Of a stretch of 64,000 nucleotides of DNA, positions 13,191 to 26,927 are shown piece by piece. The first letter of the stretch is position 1. Every line of letters starts with the position of its first letter. The notes below the pieces were generated by a model. It had not been told where the DNA came from and did no database searches. It was given only the letters and a program-made list of their open reading frames with translations. The position numbers were made by a program, and so were the translations under genes. The DNA lies in assembly GCF_006345805.1 (NCBI RefSeq), contig NC_043004.1:29202001-29266000 (forward strand), in the 5' to 3' direction. The DNA is from Octopus sinensis (taxonomy: Eukaryota).

Positions 13191-14458
13191 TTGGGTTGAC
13201 AACTAAGTTCACGCCGTTTTTCTTTTTTAGATATTGGAAATTATTGCGTTTTTGAATTTTGGAATCTATTTTTTTCGAGAATTCTATTTTTGAATAATTT
13301 TGGAATCTATATTCTTTTTTTTTTCTAGTTAATTTTAGTGAATTTTTGTTTATTTTTAGATCATTAAAATGGAATGCCAAGTTAAGAAAACGCGCATTTT
13401 CGATACCTCCTCTTTTCTTTTAATCAAGGTTCTAAGACCGCAAAAGTTGCTCGTTGCATTTGTACTGTATATGGAGAGGGTGCCATAGCTGAAAGAACCG
13501 CTTGTGATTGGTATGCCAAGTTCAAAAATGGAAATTTTGACCTCAAAGACGCACCTCGTTCTGGCCGTCCAGTTCAGTTCGATGAAGAGCGATTAAACAA
13601 ACTTTTGCACGAAAATTCTTGTCAAACGACAAGGGAACTGGCAGAGAAAATGGAATGCTCCCACGCTGCTATAGAAAAGCATATTCACTCAATGGGAAAG
13701 GTTCGGAAGTATGGAGCATGTGTTCCGCATGCTTTCAGTGACAACAACAAAAATCAACGAGCCACAATCTCAGCTGGTTTGCTTGCTTATCACAGCTCAG
13801 CTCATGGACACAAGCAACGATTTCTTTACTGAATCGTTACTGGCGACGAAAAATGGTGCCTGTACGTCAATATGAAGCAGCGTAAGGAATGGCTTCGCCC
13901 CAGTAAGCAAGCGACAACGCGTGAAACAAGATCTTTATCCGCGTAAGACGATGTTGTGCGTATGGTGGGACTGGGAGGGATTATCCATTTCGAATTGCTT
14001 GAACAGAACCAAACGGTCAGTGCTAAACTCTATGTTCAACAGATGGAACGACTCAACATGGCTATTCAAGAGAAAAGATCTAATCGACAACGCCTGCACT
14101 CATATCGCCAATATGACCAAGGAAGCCATTGAAACGCTTGACTGGGAAGTGCTGCCATACCCGCCGTACTCTCCTGATTTGGCACCAACGGATTTCCACC
14201 TCTTTCGATCTCTTTCAAATGCTATGCACAGAGTTTCGTTCAATACTGATGCAGAATTGAGAGCTTGGTTGGATCAATTTTTTGAGTCGAAATCGGATGA
14301 TTTCTACCAACGAGGTATTGAAAATCTTGCTGAACGTTGGGAAGAAGTTGTAAACAACAAGGGTGAATACATTATTGATTAATTAGTCGCTATTTTTTAT
14401 TAAACCTTTCAAAAATTTAGATTTTTTAAAAACGGCGGGAACTTAGTTGCCAACCTAA
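13191..14458 (+). mobile_element. Near full-length mariner transposon with TIRs and TA TSD
   Basis: TA|ttgggttgacaactaagttc ... gaacttagttgccaacctaa|TA; about 1.27 kb. Confidence 0.95.
13369..14382 (+). pseudogene. Mariner DD34D-type transposase (SETMAR/Hsmar-like), frameshifted
   Basis: HTH region DAPRSGRP, then VPH, IVTGDEKW, MLCVWWDWEG, PYSPDLAPTDFHLF and GEYIID*; contains a stop and frameshifts. Confidence 0.92.
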
Positions 14459-14469
14459 TATATATATTC

Positions 14470-14772
14470 ATTTTTTTTATTTGTTTCAGTCATTTGACTA
14501 CGGCCATGCTAGAGCACCGCCTTTAGTCAAACAAATCGCCCCCAAGACTTATTTTTTGTAAGCCTAATACTTATTCTATCGCTCTCATTTTGCCGAAACG
14601 CAAAGTTACGGAGGCGTAAACACACCAAATCGGTTGTCAAGTAATGGTGAAGAGCCAAACACAGAAACACACACAAATTTACACACACACACATACACAC
14701 ATATACGACGGGCTTCTTTCAGTTTCCGTCTACCAAATCCACTGTGGTTGGTAAGTAAGCTACTTACCACAC
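14470..14772 (-). mobile_element. SINE family A, internally deleted
   Basis: 3' tail and head present, middle missing relative to the full copy. Confidence 0.8.
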
Positions 14773-14805
14773 ATACATGCATACATACATACATACATAC
14801 ATACA

Positions 14806-14836
<31 letters not shown>

Positions 14837-15271
14837 GTATGTATATATATATGTGTGTGTATAAATATATATATATATATATATATATACATAAGGATAA
14901 ACACCACCCACCCGTGTTTTCCCCACTCTCGCCTCCCCCACCTCCCAACAACATCACACCACACCACACTACACCATACAACATTACACATCCCATCACG
15001 ACACACCACCCACACACCCATCCCCACATTTTCACACCTACACTTACACACACGCACACGTCCAAACCACCAACCCTCTTTCACACGTACATACATACTC
15101 TCTTATACACACACACACCTTCGTGTTGGGGGTCATCTTTACTTTGTTATTTCCCCTACTTTCCCACTCGTGTGTGACCCTTCTGTCCGAAGTCAGTCGC
15201 CATGATAGATCGTTAGCCACTGCACACATTTTTTTTCTCTCCATGTTTCTCTCCTTGTTTTTTCTGTGTCC

Positions 15272-15307
15272 CTTTCTGTAGAAGAGCGTAGGCTCGAAAC
15301 GTAAAAG
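15272..15307 (+). ncRNA. Minimal type I hammerhead-like motif, core variant CUGUAGA
   Basis: cttt-CTGTAGA-A-GAGC gtag GCTC-GAAAC-GTA-aaag; stem I cttt/aaag. Confidence 0.6.
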
Positions 15308-15395
15308 ACTTTTCTATTCCTGAGCGTTATACTAATATATCTGTTTGTTTTGTACACCACCTGTCTTCGTATTTTGTTTTTTCGTAAACTCTCCC

Positions 15396-15580
<185 letters not shown>

Positions 15581-15628
15581 CGCTAACCACTACACATTCT
15601 TTATTTTCTCTCGTTTCTTTCTGTGTTC

Positions 15629-15664
15629 CTTTCTGTGGAAGAGCATAGGCTCGAAACGTTAAAT
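15629..15664 (+). ncRNA. Minimal type I hammerhead-like motif, core variant CUGUGGA
   Basis: cttt-CTGTGGA-A-GAGC atag GCTC-GAAAC-GTT-aaat; palindromic AACGTT at stem III. Confidence 0.55.
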
Positions 15665-16523
15665 ACTTCTTCACTACCCGAGTGTTAAACTAATACATCT
15701 GTTTGTTGTCTACACCACCTGTCTTCGTCTTTTGTTTTTTTGTGAATTCTCCCTATATATATATATATAACAATAAATTACAAATATTCATACACAAATA
15801 TATTTACTCATATATGTGGGTGTATGTATGTGTATTTATGCGCGCACACATTCATATACACAGGACTTCTGCAAAGTTTTCTTCACCCACATATAGATAG
15901 ATTGATAGCTAGATAGATAAATGTCTGTGTGCATGTGTGTGTGAGTTTGTGCGCAAGTGTGTGTGTACGTACGTTTGTGTGTGTGTATGTGTGTGTGTGT
16001 GTAAATGTATTTATGCGTGAGTATGTCTTAGTGCTTCAATAGTATATTGTGCTACTGAATATAATATAAACGTTTGATCAAAACTGTTTATATATATATA
16101 TACAAAAATGTGTTTGCCAACTCATCGTAGGCACAGCCAGAAGGTTCCATTTATGCACCAGTGTTGACTAAAACCCTATAGATACATTCAATGGTACATT
16201 GTAGCATTAAAAGTAACTCTGCTATGGACAGTCATTCAGATTGCCACGATATTGTGCTCACTGTAGGTCCGTTAATTTTACTTATACTGAAGAATGGTAA
16301 AGTGGAAAATACAGCACATAAAAACCTAACAGTATATATTTTTTCTACCACTCTGAAGAGATTTTGTCTAGCATAATGGTTTTAATTGCTATTCAGTCTT
16401 TTTAAACTTAACTGAAACGGCTGTAAGGAAATATGTTTGATTTTTGCAGATAATAATTTTTTATTAAATGCTATATCTCCATTTTCTTATTGCATATATA
16501 TATATATATATATATATATAGAA

Positions 16524-16554
<31 letters not shown>

Positions 16555-17719
16555 GAAAGAGAGAGAGGAAAGAGAGAGAGAAAAACTTACAGACAGATTG
16601 ATAGATAGATAGACAGATTAAAAATAAGATTAATTTAATTTAATCTAAATTAATACTGCCTGCATCTGATTATCTTAGGTATTTTCTGCTCTTCACCTTA
16701 TTGAAACAGCTGTTGAGCAGTTATAATCTGAACTACATATGAAATGTATGCCTTTCTACTTTTATACTATGTGTGTGTGTAGATGTGTGAGTTTGCGTGT
16801 GTGTGTGTCGCAAAAGATTTAACATTTTGGATCTCAAAGAGAGCTAGGACTTCATTAGCACTTGCTAAGAGAAATAATTATTTTCAAACTAACCATTTTC
16901 TTTAGCGTGAATACTACAGACAATTTCGCGCTATTGCTGCGTATTAGTCTAGACAAAAATAAATACACAAAGAACAGTATAAACACTATATTTAAATACA
17001 GTTGCCGCTCAACTTGCCAACCATCCCCTCAGAGCCCTTTTCACTTCTCACTTGGATGATTTTGTTCTCTGACTGCTCTATTATAGGCTCCATTAACAGG
17101 ACTTCTCTAAAATAATACTTCTCTCTTCCTCTTTTTTGCGCGCACGCAGGTACTCGCACGCACGCATGCACGCACATACATACATACATACACCAAACTT
17201 CACTTTTTACACACAGTAACAGAAGTTTCTAAAATGTAATTTCTTCTCCATGGTTCACTTCTTCCACCAGGATTCGTTTCACACCCCCACTGACACTCTA
17301 TTCTTGATTAATGGTCTTACATGCACTCAAGAACCTATCCCTATATTGAGCATACATTGATTTAGTTATTGAATTTTCATTAGTGAACAAATAAAAAATT
17401 TCAGTATCATTTTTGGAATATAGTGTAACATTTCAAACCATCTTTATTATACTAATTATAAACATGTTATATTTCTAACAATTGTCAATTGTTAATTTTG
17501 CGGTCAAAAGCTCCTTTTAATTTACATCACAATATTAATGTATCTGGCATATAATTAGATAGCAACGTAAATATATAATTCTCAAAAGTATCCAATTCCA
17601 AGAAAAAGAAAGACCAGTGCCTGAGAAAAACCTCTACATAAAAAAAACGCTTTGTCCACTTTTGGCCCAGGCCATATCTAATAGGACTATCTGCGAGTAG
17701 ACTTTTAAGTCATGTCATA

Positions 17720-17885
17720 GGACATCTGCCCACTCAGGCAGAGATTTGTGTGACGAAGTATATCAAGATGACCGTGCGACATCTGGTATTTAGGGGTCAT
17801 TTTGTTCAGGTACCGTTTGAAAGTTATGACGTCTTTTTCTTCTTTCATTTCTTTCGGAGTACTTTTGAATAAGGCAAGACCAGTT
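17720..17885 (-). pseudogene. CR1-like LINE ORF2 C-terminal fragment
   Basis: GLALFKSTPKEMKEEKDVITFKRYLNK resembles the G..LFN.LP....FK..LD ending of CR1/L2 ORF2. Confidence 0.55.
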
Positions 17886-18334
17886 AGGGTATGTGCATAT
17901 GTGTGTGTGCGCGCGCGTGTGTTGATTTTTAAAATATTCAAAATATTTCAGGAGTAACATGACTATTGTAGAGCAAATATTAGAAGAAATAAGCTTATGT
18001 AAACGAAAGAATACGCGGGATTGTTTCCTTCGCTAAAAATTGCAAATGAGAATTTGTGGAGTTAGCTATAAATAAAATTAACAACTTCGACAAAGTTTCA
18101 ATTACTTACATGCTGATATACAATCCTGTTTTTATTTTTTTTAAGCAGGCGTATACTCAGTGCATTGCTGGCACAAATGTTATGTATTTCATGTGAGGGA
18201 AATAATAATCGATACAAGCTGATCTGCAGCCAGACAAAATCAAGGGGGTTTCAAATGGAATTTTAGATAACAAATATTAACCGAATTCTTCACTGTTTGC
18301 ATGAATATTTTTTGCGAAAGGACTTATTGTTCAG

Positions 18335-18990
18335 AGATGGTTGCGTTAGTAAAAGGTTGACTTCGTAATTACCTGATCCAGCGTTTGATCCTACCAGTTG
18401 AGTAAGTGTCTTCTACCATATCTTCGAGCCGACCAAAGCCTGAAGAGGTTTATTCGGAAAATGGAAACTGTGCAGAAGTTTGCTGTTTTGCATGTGTGTG
18501 TGCGTGTGTGTGTTCGTGTGCACGTGTGTGCGTGTGTGTGTAATTACGTGTATGTGTGTGCAGATATGTATTTCAAATATACTGAGAAACAATAAAGTTT
18601 TTACTTGGAGATATTAAAATATATTTCTAATTAAACTTGTTCCGGACTTTAATTACTATTTCGGGCATCTAGTACCCATCTGTAAAAAGAGGAAAGGTAA
18701 GCTGTCACACTTGATGCATATAGACGCTGCGATTCGGATAAATTACGTTGGAAAAGACGGAAGGGAATATCTTTTTCCATAGAAAGGCGGAACAAAATGT
18801 ATTGAAGGCAAATTGTAAGCCGGACAAGATGCTCAGCAGCTTTTAGTCTGCTTTCGTGTTCTGAGCTCAAATTTGACCGAGGTCGACTTCACCTTTCATC
18901 TCTTTTTGGGTCGGTGAAATAAGTTGATGTAACCGACTTAACCTTTCCCCCATCCCAAATTTTAAGCCCTTTACCTATAACAGTAAGGAT
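18335..18990 (+). mobile_element. Degenerate SINE A head (18335-18490) and SINE B (18820-18990)
   Basis: aagtgtcttctaccata..gccgaccaaagcc; gaggtcgacttcacctttcatc. Confidence 0.65.
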
Positions 18991-20035
18991 CATCATCATT
19001 ATCATCCTCATCAAAATCATTCATCATCATCATCATCATCTTACTATTATTATTATTACTATGTTGCATAGTGTTGTATTACATTTGCATTCTAATAGCA
19101 TTCTAATAGCATCAATATTCAATTGTCGATAGTGGGTGGCATCTTTAGGCGCTGCTATATAATTCATGATGACATCATCGTCCCTACGAAACGATCCCTC
19201 GACAGAAAACCATCATGTGCTACTCTTAGTGATAAATCTTGTGCATTACGGTGCATTGAAGTGAACAATGGACGCCAAAACCTACACACTGCAGTTTATG
19301 TAGCGTGCTTCTCGCGTTGCGTTTTGATGCTTGTTTTTAATGTTTTGATTGTTGGCAATTGAATTTGCTTGGGGTGTGATTCTCTGTATCACAGTGAGCA
19401 TTTACATTCACCGTCCTCCCTCACCACTTCGCTCTCTCAACTTCTATGTCACCAGCTAAATGTAATACTGAAAATAGAAATGACATGGCTTCACTACCCA
19501 TCCACCAATCATTTCCCGGTTTTTCTTTCTTTCTTTCTTTTTTTTTTGCTGACTCACGATTAAATGTTTGTATGTTCATGAGATGACCAGTTTAAAAAAC
19601 ATTTCATCTTCTCACAATCCAACTGCTAGATAAATCATATTCTCCCGTTATAATAAGCAGCCTTTCTATATTAGTGGCCTCTTTATTCTAACTGAGGAAC
19701 CTTTTAAACGTCAGGGAAACTCCAGAGTAACAGTCTAATCTATCTATCCATCTATCTATTTATCTATCTGTCTGTCTGCCTGTCTGACTAGATTCTCGTC
19801 TACTACGATCTTTGACTGTGCTTTTGTGCACCAAGTGTCAATGTGAGAGCTTCTCTCAAACCTAACAACGCTGTATTCCGTTTTCTCACCAGACATCTAA
19901 GTTTAGTTGGATATAAATGTTAACTTTTGATACATACATACATACATACATACATACATACATACATACATACATGCATGCATATATACATACATACATA
20001 CATGCATATATATACATATATATATACATATATAC

Positions 20036-20067
<32 letters not shown>

Positions 20068-20370
20068 GAATAAATAAAAGAATTTCCTGATGAGAAGATT
20101 GCATCTTGCACCCTTTATTCCTTTGGAATGAAACCATGTTGTCTTCGAAACATATGTCGAGAGTAAAGGAATTTTGCTAACATCTTCGTTCGACTCCATT
20201 CTTTTATTTATTCATATATAACACAAATTTCTGCACATGAACCCGGAGTTTCTACCCTTGGACAGGTCGCTTCAACCGTGTTTCTGACGTGAATTTGCTA
20301 CCCTGGTATTGGTTCATCGAATTTTCCATGCTGACGGTAAACATAGGATAATTCATTCACCCATCGAAAA
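20068..20370 (+). mobile_element. ~300-bp hammerhead-bearing element inserted in a TA/CATA microsatellite (PLE pLTR or retrozyme-like)
   Basis: Non-repetitive block bounded by (TA)n on both sides and containing the ribozyme below. Confidence 0.6.
20081..20172 (+). ncRNA. Type I hammerhead ribozyme with intact catalytic core
   Basis: tttc-CTGATGA-GAAGAttgcat...atgttgTCTTC-GAAAC-ATAT-GTC^gaga; predicted cleavage after C20158. Confidence 0.8.
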
Positions 20371-21040
20371 TATATATATATATATATCCTTTTGTTATAA
20401 TATGTTTCTTAATAATTTGAATAACACTAAACTTTAACTTTATACAATATGGCAATATTGTTTAAAATATTTAACTATAGTACTACATGATAAAATTTCT
20501 CCTGTTTCATTATCAATGGTCTGCTAGTGGCCGGCCCCCTTAATTGTCAGCTAGCATCTTGATTTAAGTTTTCCTTTACCAATTTCTTGATATTGCTTCT
20601 AATAAATCTTGATAGTTTTTTTTATGACTATACCCATTATGATTTCTGTCGACTCCCTCAATCCTATTCCTAACAGACACTGCCCCTTGTTCGCTCGGCC
20701 TTAGATATATAAATATTTGATTAAACTAGTCTACAAATTAAAACTGACCTCATAAAACAGTGACAAGCAAAATCTGTATCAAGTCTTTCTTCGTGATACC
20801 TTAGTAGCTTCTAAGCTGAATTGAAAGCTGCATGTTCTTTGTCTATCTCCTTCACGCCTTGGAGATTTTAGGTAAAATTATACTAATGTGTCCATGTTTT
20901 AATTTAATTAAATTCGATGTCTTTATGCAGCTGAGGCTTGCTCTGCATTTAAATTGATGTAATGGTTGCATTGTTCAGTTGCTGAATTGCTTGAAACGAT
21001 CGTACAGCATTACCTCTCGATATCCTTGTTGCTAATTTTG

Positions 21041-21146
<106 letters not shown>

Positions 21147-21401
21147 ATATATATATATATATATTATATATATATATATATGTATATATAGAGAGAGAGA
21201 GAGGGTAACTAATGTCCCCATGACGCCTATTGAATCAGAAACAAATGCCGATATCTTTCCTCTTGAAACAGGCTGTCCATTTCTTATTGCTATATGAATT
21301 TTGGAGAATTCTTAACTCTTCAGATTATCACCTCTTTTAATTTTTTTCTTTCGGTGATTCTGCCATTTGGCACCAAGTGTTCTATCTTCTCTGCAATTAC
21401 T

Positions 21402-21795
21402 CTTTTACTTTTTTTACTCTTTTACTTCTTTCAGTCATTTGACTGCGGCCATGCTGGAGCACTGCCTTTAATCGAACAACAGGACTTATTCTCTGTAAGC
21501 CTAGTACTTATTTTATCGGTCTCTTTTTGCCGAACTGCTAAGTTACGGGGACGTAAACACACCAATATCAGTTGTGAAGCGACCGTGGGGAACAAACACA
21601 GACACACAAACATATACATATATATACACATATACGACGGGCTTCTTTCAGTTTCCGTCTACCAATTACACTCACAAGGCTCTTGTCGGCCTGAGGCTAT
21701 AGCAGAAGACACCTACTCAGGGCGCCACACAGTGAGACTGAACCTGGAACAATGTAGTTGGGAAGAAAGCTTCTTACCACACATCCACGCCTGCA
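21402..21795 (-). mobile_element. SINE family A, full length
   Basis: Reverse complement of the family A consensus; explains ORF 21294-21806. Confidence 0.85.
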
Positions 21796-22385
21796 CCTAC
21801 GAGTGATAACTTTAATAACTCAAGAATTTAACTTACTCATCTTTGTTATGCACATGCACTGACACCCACCCCCACACACACACACGCACACGCGCATTCA
21901 CACACACACACACACACACAGCATAATATTTCCAGTACGCCCGTCACATTGATATAAGCATATATAAACATTCAAACCACGTCTACCAGCGTTGGTTATG
22001 AAAGCACATACTATTCTCCTTCCGTGCATGGAAACGCTCATAAACAAAACACTCGTCTGCTAATGTTTTCAGATCTATATCTATGATTTATGTAATACAA
22101 ACACAGCTAATCTTTTACAAGAGTCAATGTTTACTTCATACTGAATAATTTCTACTAAACATCGCAATTATTCTGGCAATAGAAGAATTAAGCAGTATTA
22201 CTGTTTTTTTTCTTTAATTCATATATATTCAATTTATATTTTCTTCTTATTTTAAACCCACTTGAACGAATTTTGTTTACTAATGTAAATATCAGATTAA
22301 ATCCGACAGGTATCGATAAACTAGACAGTTATCATGGACTGAGGATCATTTAATTAAATTTTACGTCCGACATTTATATGTTAGA

Positions 22386-22462
22386 TTTGTGGGCCAGAGC
22401 TGGAAATCTTTATTTGTGGGCCAGAGCTGGAAATCCTTATTTCTGGGCCAGATTTGGAAATC
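22386..22462. repeat. 3 x 27-bp tandem repeat
   Basis: tttgtgggccagagctggaaatcttta repeated three times. Confidence 0.9.
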
Positions 22463-22926
22463 TTGTTATCACTGAAAGCAGTGAGTAGTAAAAACGGTTA
22501 GAATACCAAAGAAGTGGGTAGTTTTCCTGGCACTGTTTTCTGACATCATTTTACATTGTAAACTAAAATTCTAAGGTTATTTTTGCCTTTTATCTATCTG
22601 AAATCGATAAAATATGTAGCACTCGAATACTATGGGCGACTCATGGATTAAAGAAATCGCCCGCAGTAGAGTGGTCGGTTACCTGTGTGATATACAAATA
22701 TTACGTCTATTTATGTCCTCAAAATTCCTGTCCCTAATTAATTTGTTCCATAAAGGTACTTGTTCCATAAAGGTACTTCATAAATCCCTCCAGATATTTC
22801 TCTAACTGCTGTTAGGTTTCCTAAGCTAAATAAAATGCCTTCTTTCCTCCCGTCGAGGATACGAAGGAGCCGTCACTAAGAAGGTGTCAATTCTCTAAAC
22901 TAACCAAAACAGATTATCTTAGTTTC

Positions 22927-23225
22927 AATTTTTTGGTATAATCGTACTTCACTACATCAATACAATTTTTGGTATACTTCACTTCACTAACATCAGTAAA
23001 ATTTCTGGTGTACTCCTACTTCACAGTATTAACATAATTTCTAGTATATTCCTGCACCACCATACTAATGAAATTTTTAGCATACTTCTATTTCACTGTA
23101 TCAGTACATTTTCTGGTATACTTCCGCTCGTATTGCTTCACTATTGCAATAAAATCCTGGTATACTCCTGCTTGTACTCCTGCTTCTCTATATCAATGCA
23201 ATTTCTGGTATACTCCACTTATCTT
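22927..23225. repeat. Degenerate ~36-bp minisatellite, about 8 units
   Basis: Recurring aattt(t/c)tggtatactcctacttcact. Confidence 0.8.
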
Positions 23226-23612
23226 ACATCCGTACTACCAATATTTCTTTGTTGACACTGTTCTGAAAAGGAAGCAAAATATTTTCATGAAAGTGTATGT
23301 TTCTTGTGCATCTGCTTATAGTTAAAAATTAATAGAATGATTTTTTTCCTCGACTTTTTACCGCCTGCCCTGTGTTTATACAGATGTGTGTACGTAGTAT
23401 TTATGACGATGTGTCGAAATCACTTTAAAGTGTCTGTAATTTATAATTTTAGGTTCGTGAAGATTAAGATATATGTGTCAGTTCACCAGTTGGTGTGTAA
23501 GTATTTGGGGTATGAACAATCAGGTCAGTATATTCCCTCGGCGTTTCTTATCGATGTACCTCAACGCGTAAATCAAACTTATAAACTGGAAATGCATTGT
23601 CTGCATCCTCCC

Positions 23613-23690
<78 letters not shown>

Positions 23691-23721
23691 GTATGCATGT
23701 ATGTATGTATGTATGTTATAT

Positions 23722-23897
23722 AGTGATGGCATGTTGCCAACTTAATGCGGTAGTCTCATGAAAGGGAAGAATGCTACTGCTATCTAGCCCTAGGAAACAC
23801 CGGGCAACTGGAAACGGTGTTTCCTAGGGCTAAATAGCAGTAGCATACTTCCCTTTCATGGGACTACCACATTAAGAGTTGGTAATATACCATCACT
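23722..23897. mobile_element. Palindromic MITE/foldback (~80-bp stem, 12-nt loop)
   Basis: agtgatgg...tagccctaggaaacaccg [ggcaactggaaa] cggtgtttcctagggcta...ccatcact, in a TA-rich context. Confidence 0.85.
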
Positions 23898-24732
23898 TTA
23901 TCGTGTTGCTACTGTATAAATCTCTCTGAAAGATTTAGAAATGTAAAATATATATGTGTGTGTGTGTGTGTGTCTGAGGCGACTCCAGGTCATCAGCGTC
24001 ACTCGGGCTCATCACAGATTTCACATAAAGCACTCGAAACTTTTCACGTTTTTCCGCTTTATTTCTAGCCCCAAAAGGCTTGTTTTGTTTGTTTTTATAT
24101 CTAGTACTATGTCTTTCTCCATTTCCAAGTCAAGGGTAAAAATTAAGCAACCCTGCAAAACACAACTGATCTTTACACACAGACGCACAGAATAACAGCA
24201 ATCAAATAACGACAGTGGAGTGCACAACAGACATCAGCGATCTGACTGTCGCTTGTACGCTTGACAAGAGATGCCAGTTAGTCTTTTACATCTACCAGGC
24301 TTGTTCGAATTAGCCCGACTTGCTGGGTAATTTTTCGTTCCTTTAAGAATATTGTAGAACGGAAACTTTTCATAGATTGGAATATATAAATACCTAATGT
24401 CTACAGAAATTTATTGTTTCAAGAAAACATTGAAGTTGAATTAGTTTTAATTTTTACGATCATAGATTTCTGAGCCCCAGTCAGGCGCGTGTGAAGGATT
24501 TCGAAAGAACGTCTGCTACGAATGATATTTTTTGACACAGGGCACCTCTAAGACGACAGCCAGACGCTGAATTTTGTTGTAACAGTGAAGCAATAGACGC
24601 CCGATTGGCTACAATTACATACTTGAAGTCAGTCTTGGTAGAAATTATATCAGCTTGCAAATTTATCAAATTTATACGCGGGCCAAGCTCGAACAGCCCT
24701 AGTGCTGGAGTCGCCACTGGTATATATATATA

Positions 24733-24820
<88 letters not shown>

Positions 24821-24843
24821 ATATATATATATATATATATATG

Positions 24844-25230
24844 TGTGGAGTGGCTGTGTGGTAAGTAGCTTGTTTACCAACCACATGGTTCCGGGTTCAG
24901 TCCCACTGCGTGTCACCTTGGGCAAGTGTCTTCTACTATAGCCTCGGGCCGACCAAAGCCTTGTGAGTGGATTTGGTAGACGGTAACTGAAAGAAGTTCG
25001 TCGTATATATGTATATATATATGTGTGTGTGTTTGTCCCCCTAGCATTGCTTGACAACCGATGCTGGTGTGTTTATGTCCCCGTCACTTAGCGGTTCGGC
25101 AAAAAGAAACCGATAGAATAAGTACTGGGCTTACAAAGAATAAGTCCCGGGGTCGAGTTGCTCGATTAAAGGTGGTGCTCCAGCATTGCCGCAGTCAAAT
25201 GACTGAAACAAGTAAAAGAGTAAAAGAGTA
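24844..25230 (+). mobile_element. SINE family A, best full-length copy (tRNA head plus CORE-like segment)
   Basis: A-box tggctgtgtgg, B-box ggttcagtccc, CORE-like caccttgggcaagt, (gtaaaaga)n tail. Confidence 0.9.
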
Positions 25231-26001
25231 TATCTATATATGTATAAGCGTATATGTGTGTGTGTCTGCATGAGTGTGTGTGTACGTGCGTGTGCATGTG
25301 TGTAAAATGTTGAGAAAGTATTTGAATGAGCAACTGACTTGACTGTGCAAGTGATCTATCCAGTATTTTTTCTTTCTCAATTCTTGTTAATTTCGTTAAT
25401 CGGGTTGGGTAGGGGTGGTGATTAGCTAAAAACAACCAGCATTATGAAGATGATGCAAATAGAATAATGTTGCGCATATCACATGACTACGAGACGTAAC
25501 TAAAGTTATGTTTTCGGCAGGATTGAATTTGCAATTTTTTCTACCGGTCAATGCTCTCCCACAAACGTATGGAACCTATTTTTAATGCTGAAAAAAAAAA
25601 AACTTATTACCGTTAGAACGAAATTATCCCAGTTGTTTGTGACAGGAACTGTATCTTACGACATCTAGTTCAGTGTTTCTTTTTCTACTTTCAGCCATTG
25701 GGTTGTAACCGTGCTAGGGCAACATCTGATTTCGGAGAAGACGGTAAACTAAGGTTGACTGCGTCTCATTTCAATTTATTTCGAAATAGATATCTGCTAT
25801 ATATATTGACACACTGGTTATATTAGTAAAATGAATTCAATATGAAAACCAGAGGTTATTAATTCCAATATGTAAAAATCGTTTTATAATATAATATTCA
25901 GTTAACGCTTAATATTTCTCTGAAATATCTATCATGTATTAACCTTCAACTAATTCGTATTTTTTTTTCAGGAAATTCTATAATATATATATGTATATAT
26001 G

Positions 26002-26032
<31 letters not shown>

Positions 26033-26149
26033 TTGAGTGTATGTGTTTGTGAGTGTGTGTGCGTGCGTGTGCGTGTGTGTATGCGTCTATGTATATATAC
26101 ACGCGCGCATACGTGCACTCACCTACCGCACACACACACACGCATATAT

Positions 26150-26600
26150 ATCTCTTATTATAAAAGGCAGATTTTATCTGCCTCCCTTTGGGAGTTATAC
26201 AAATCTACAATATAGGATTTCTTCAATTACAATTTACCTAGCATTTTAACAGTACAATGCATCGCGTCATGCCAGGTCCAGTTTTTTAAATTTAAACTCC
26301 AATTAAGCAAAATTTACAGAAAACTCACATTCTGGTGTGTGTGTCAAATGCTTTTCTTAGTCTGGTTTACACCACACGCAAACGCACACACACAGTGGGC
26401 AACGAATAAAATGAAAGTAAATGTAATATTTGTTTCTGTCTATCACGCTGATAGATACATGAGTAAAATGTATGGGAAGCTAACAGATAACAGTGAGTGA
26501 AAATGTTCTTGGAAGAGAGTAAATTAGCGACAGTGATTTGAGGAAGACTAAACTGAAACTATGAAACAGTGTTTATGTATAAACAGACGACACTTATATA
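26150..26600 (+). mobile_element. Helitron-like 5' fragment
   Basis: A|TCtcttattataaaaggcagatttt; the same terminus appears on the minus strand at ~61066. Confidence 0.55.
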
Positions 26601-26927
26601 AACCCTTTCGTTACCAAACCGCCCGAATTTACCTATTCATATTTAAATGAGAATATCAGAGTAAATCTCTTTAGTACATTCGTGAAAACACGTATTATAC
26701 TTCGTAAACACTTCAAATACAGTTTTGTACAAAAATCGAAGTGTAATTTTAATTCCGTGAATTATGGGAGATTTTTTTCCGAAATTTGTTCCTATTGTGT
26801 TTTCAAAATTTGTAATTCTGACAAAAAATGGATACGAATTTCATTATATCAAGCAGCGAGTCAGAATTCGAAGGATTTTCTACTGAAGACCTTCATAAAT
26901 CTAACTCTATGACTGAAAAAAAAAGCA

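Noticed and set aside
16150-16340. Possible host exon
   Set aside because: No consistent open frame with paired splice sites and no recognisable domain.
20390-21040. Possible decayed RT on the minus strand
   Set aside because: No diagnostic motif can be read with confidence.
21210-21255. ccccatgacg...gaaacaaatgcc as a hammerhead
   Set aside because: Too many core mismatches.
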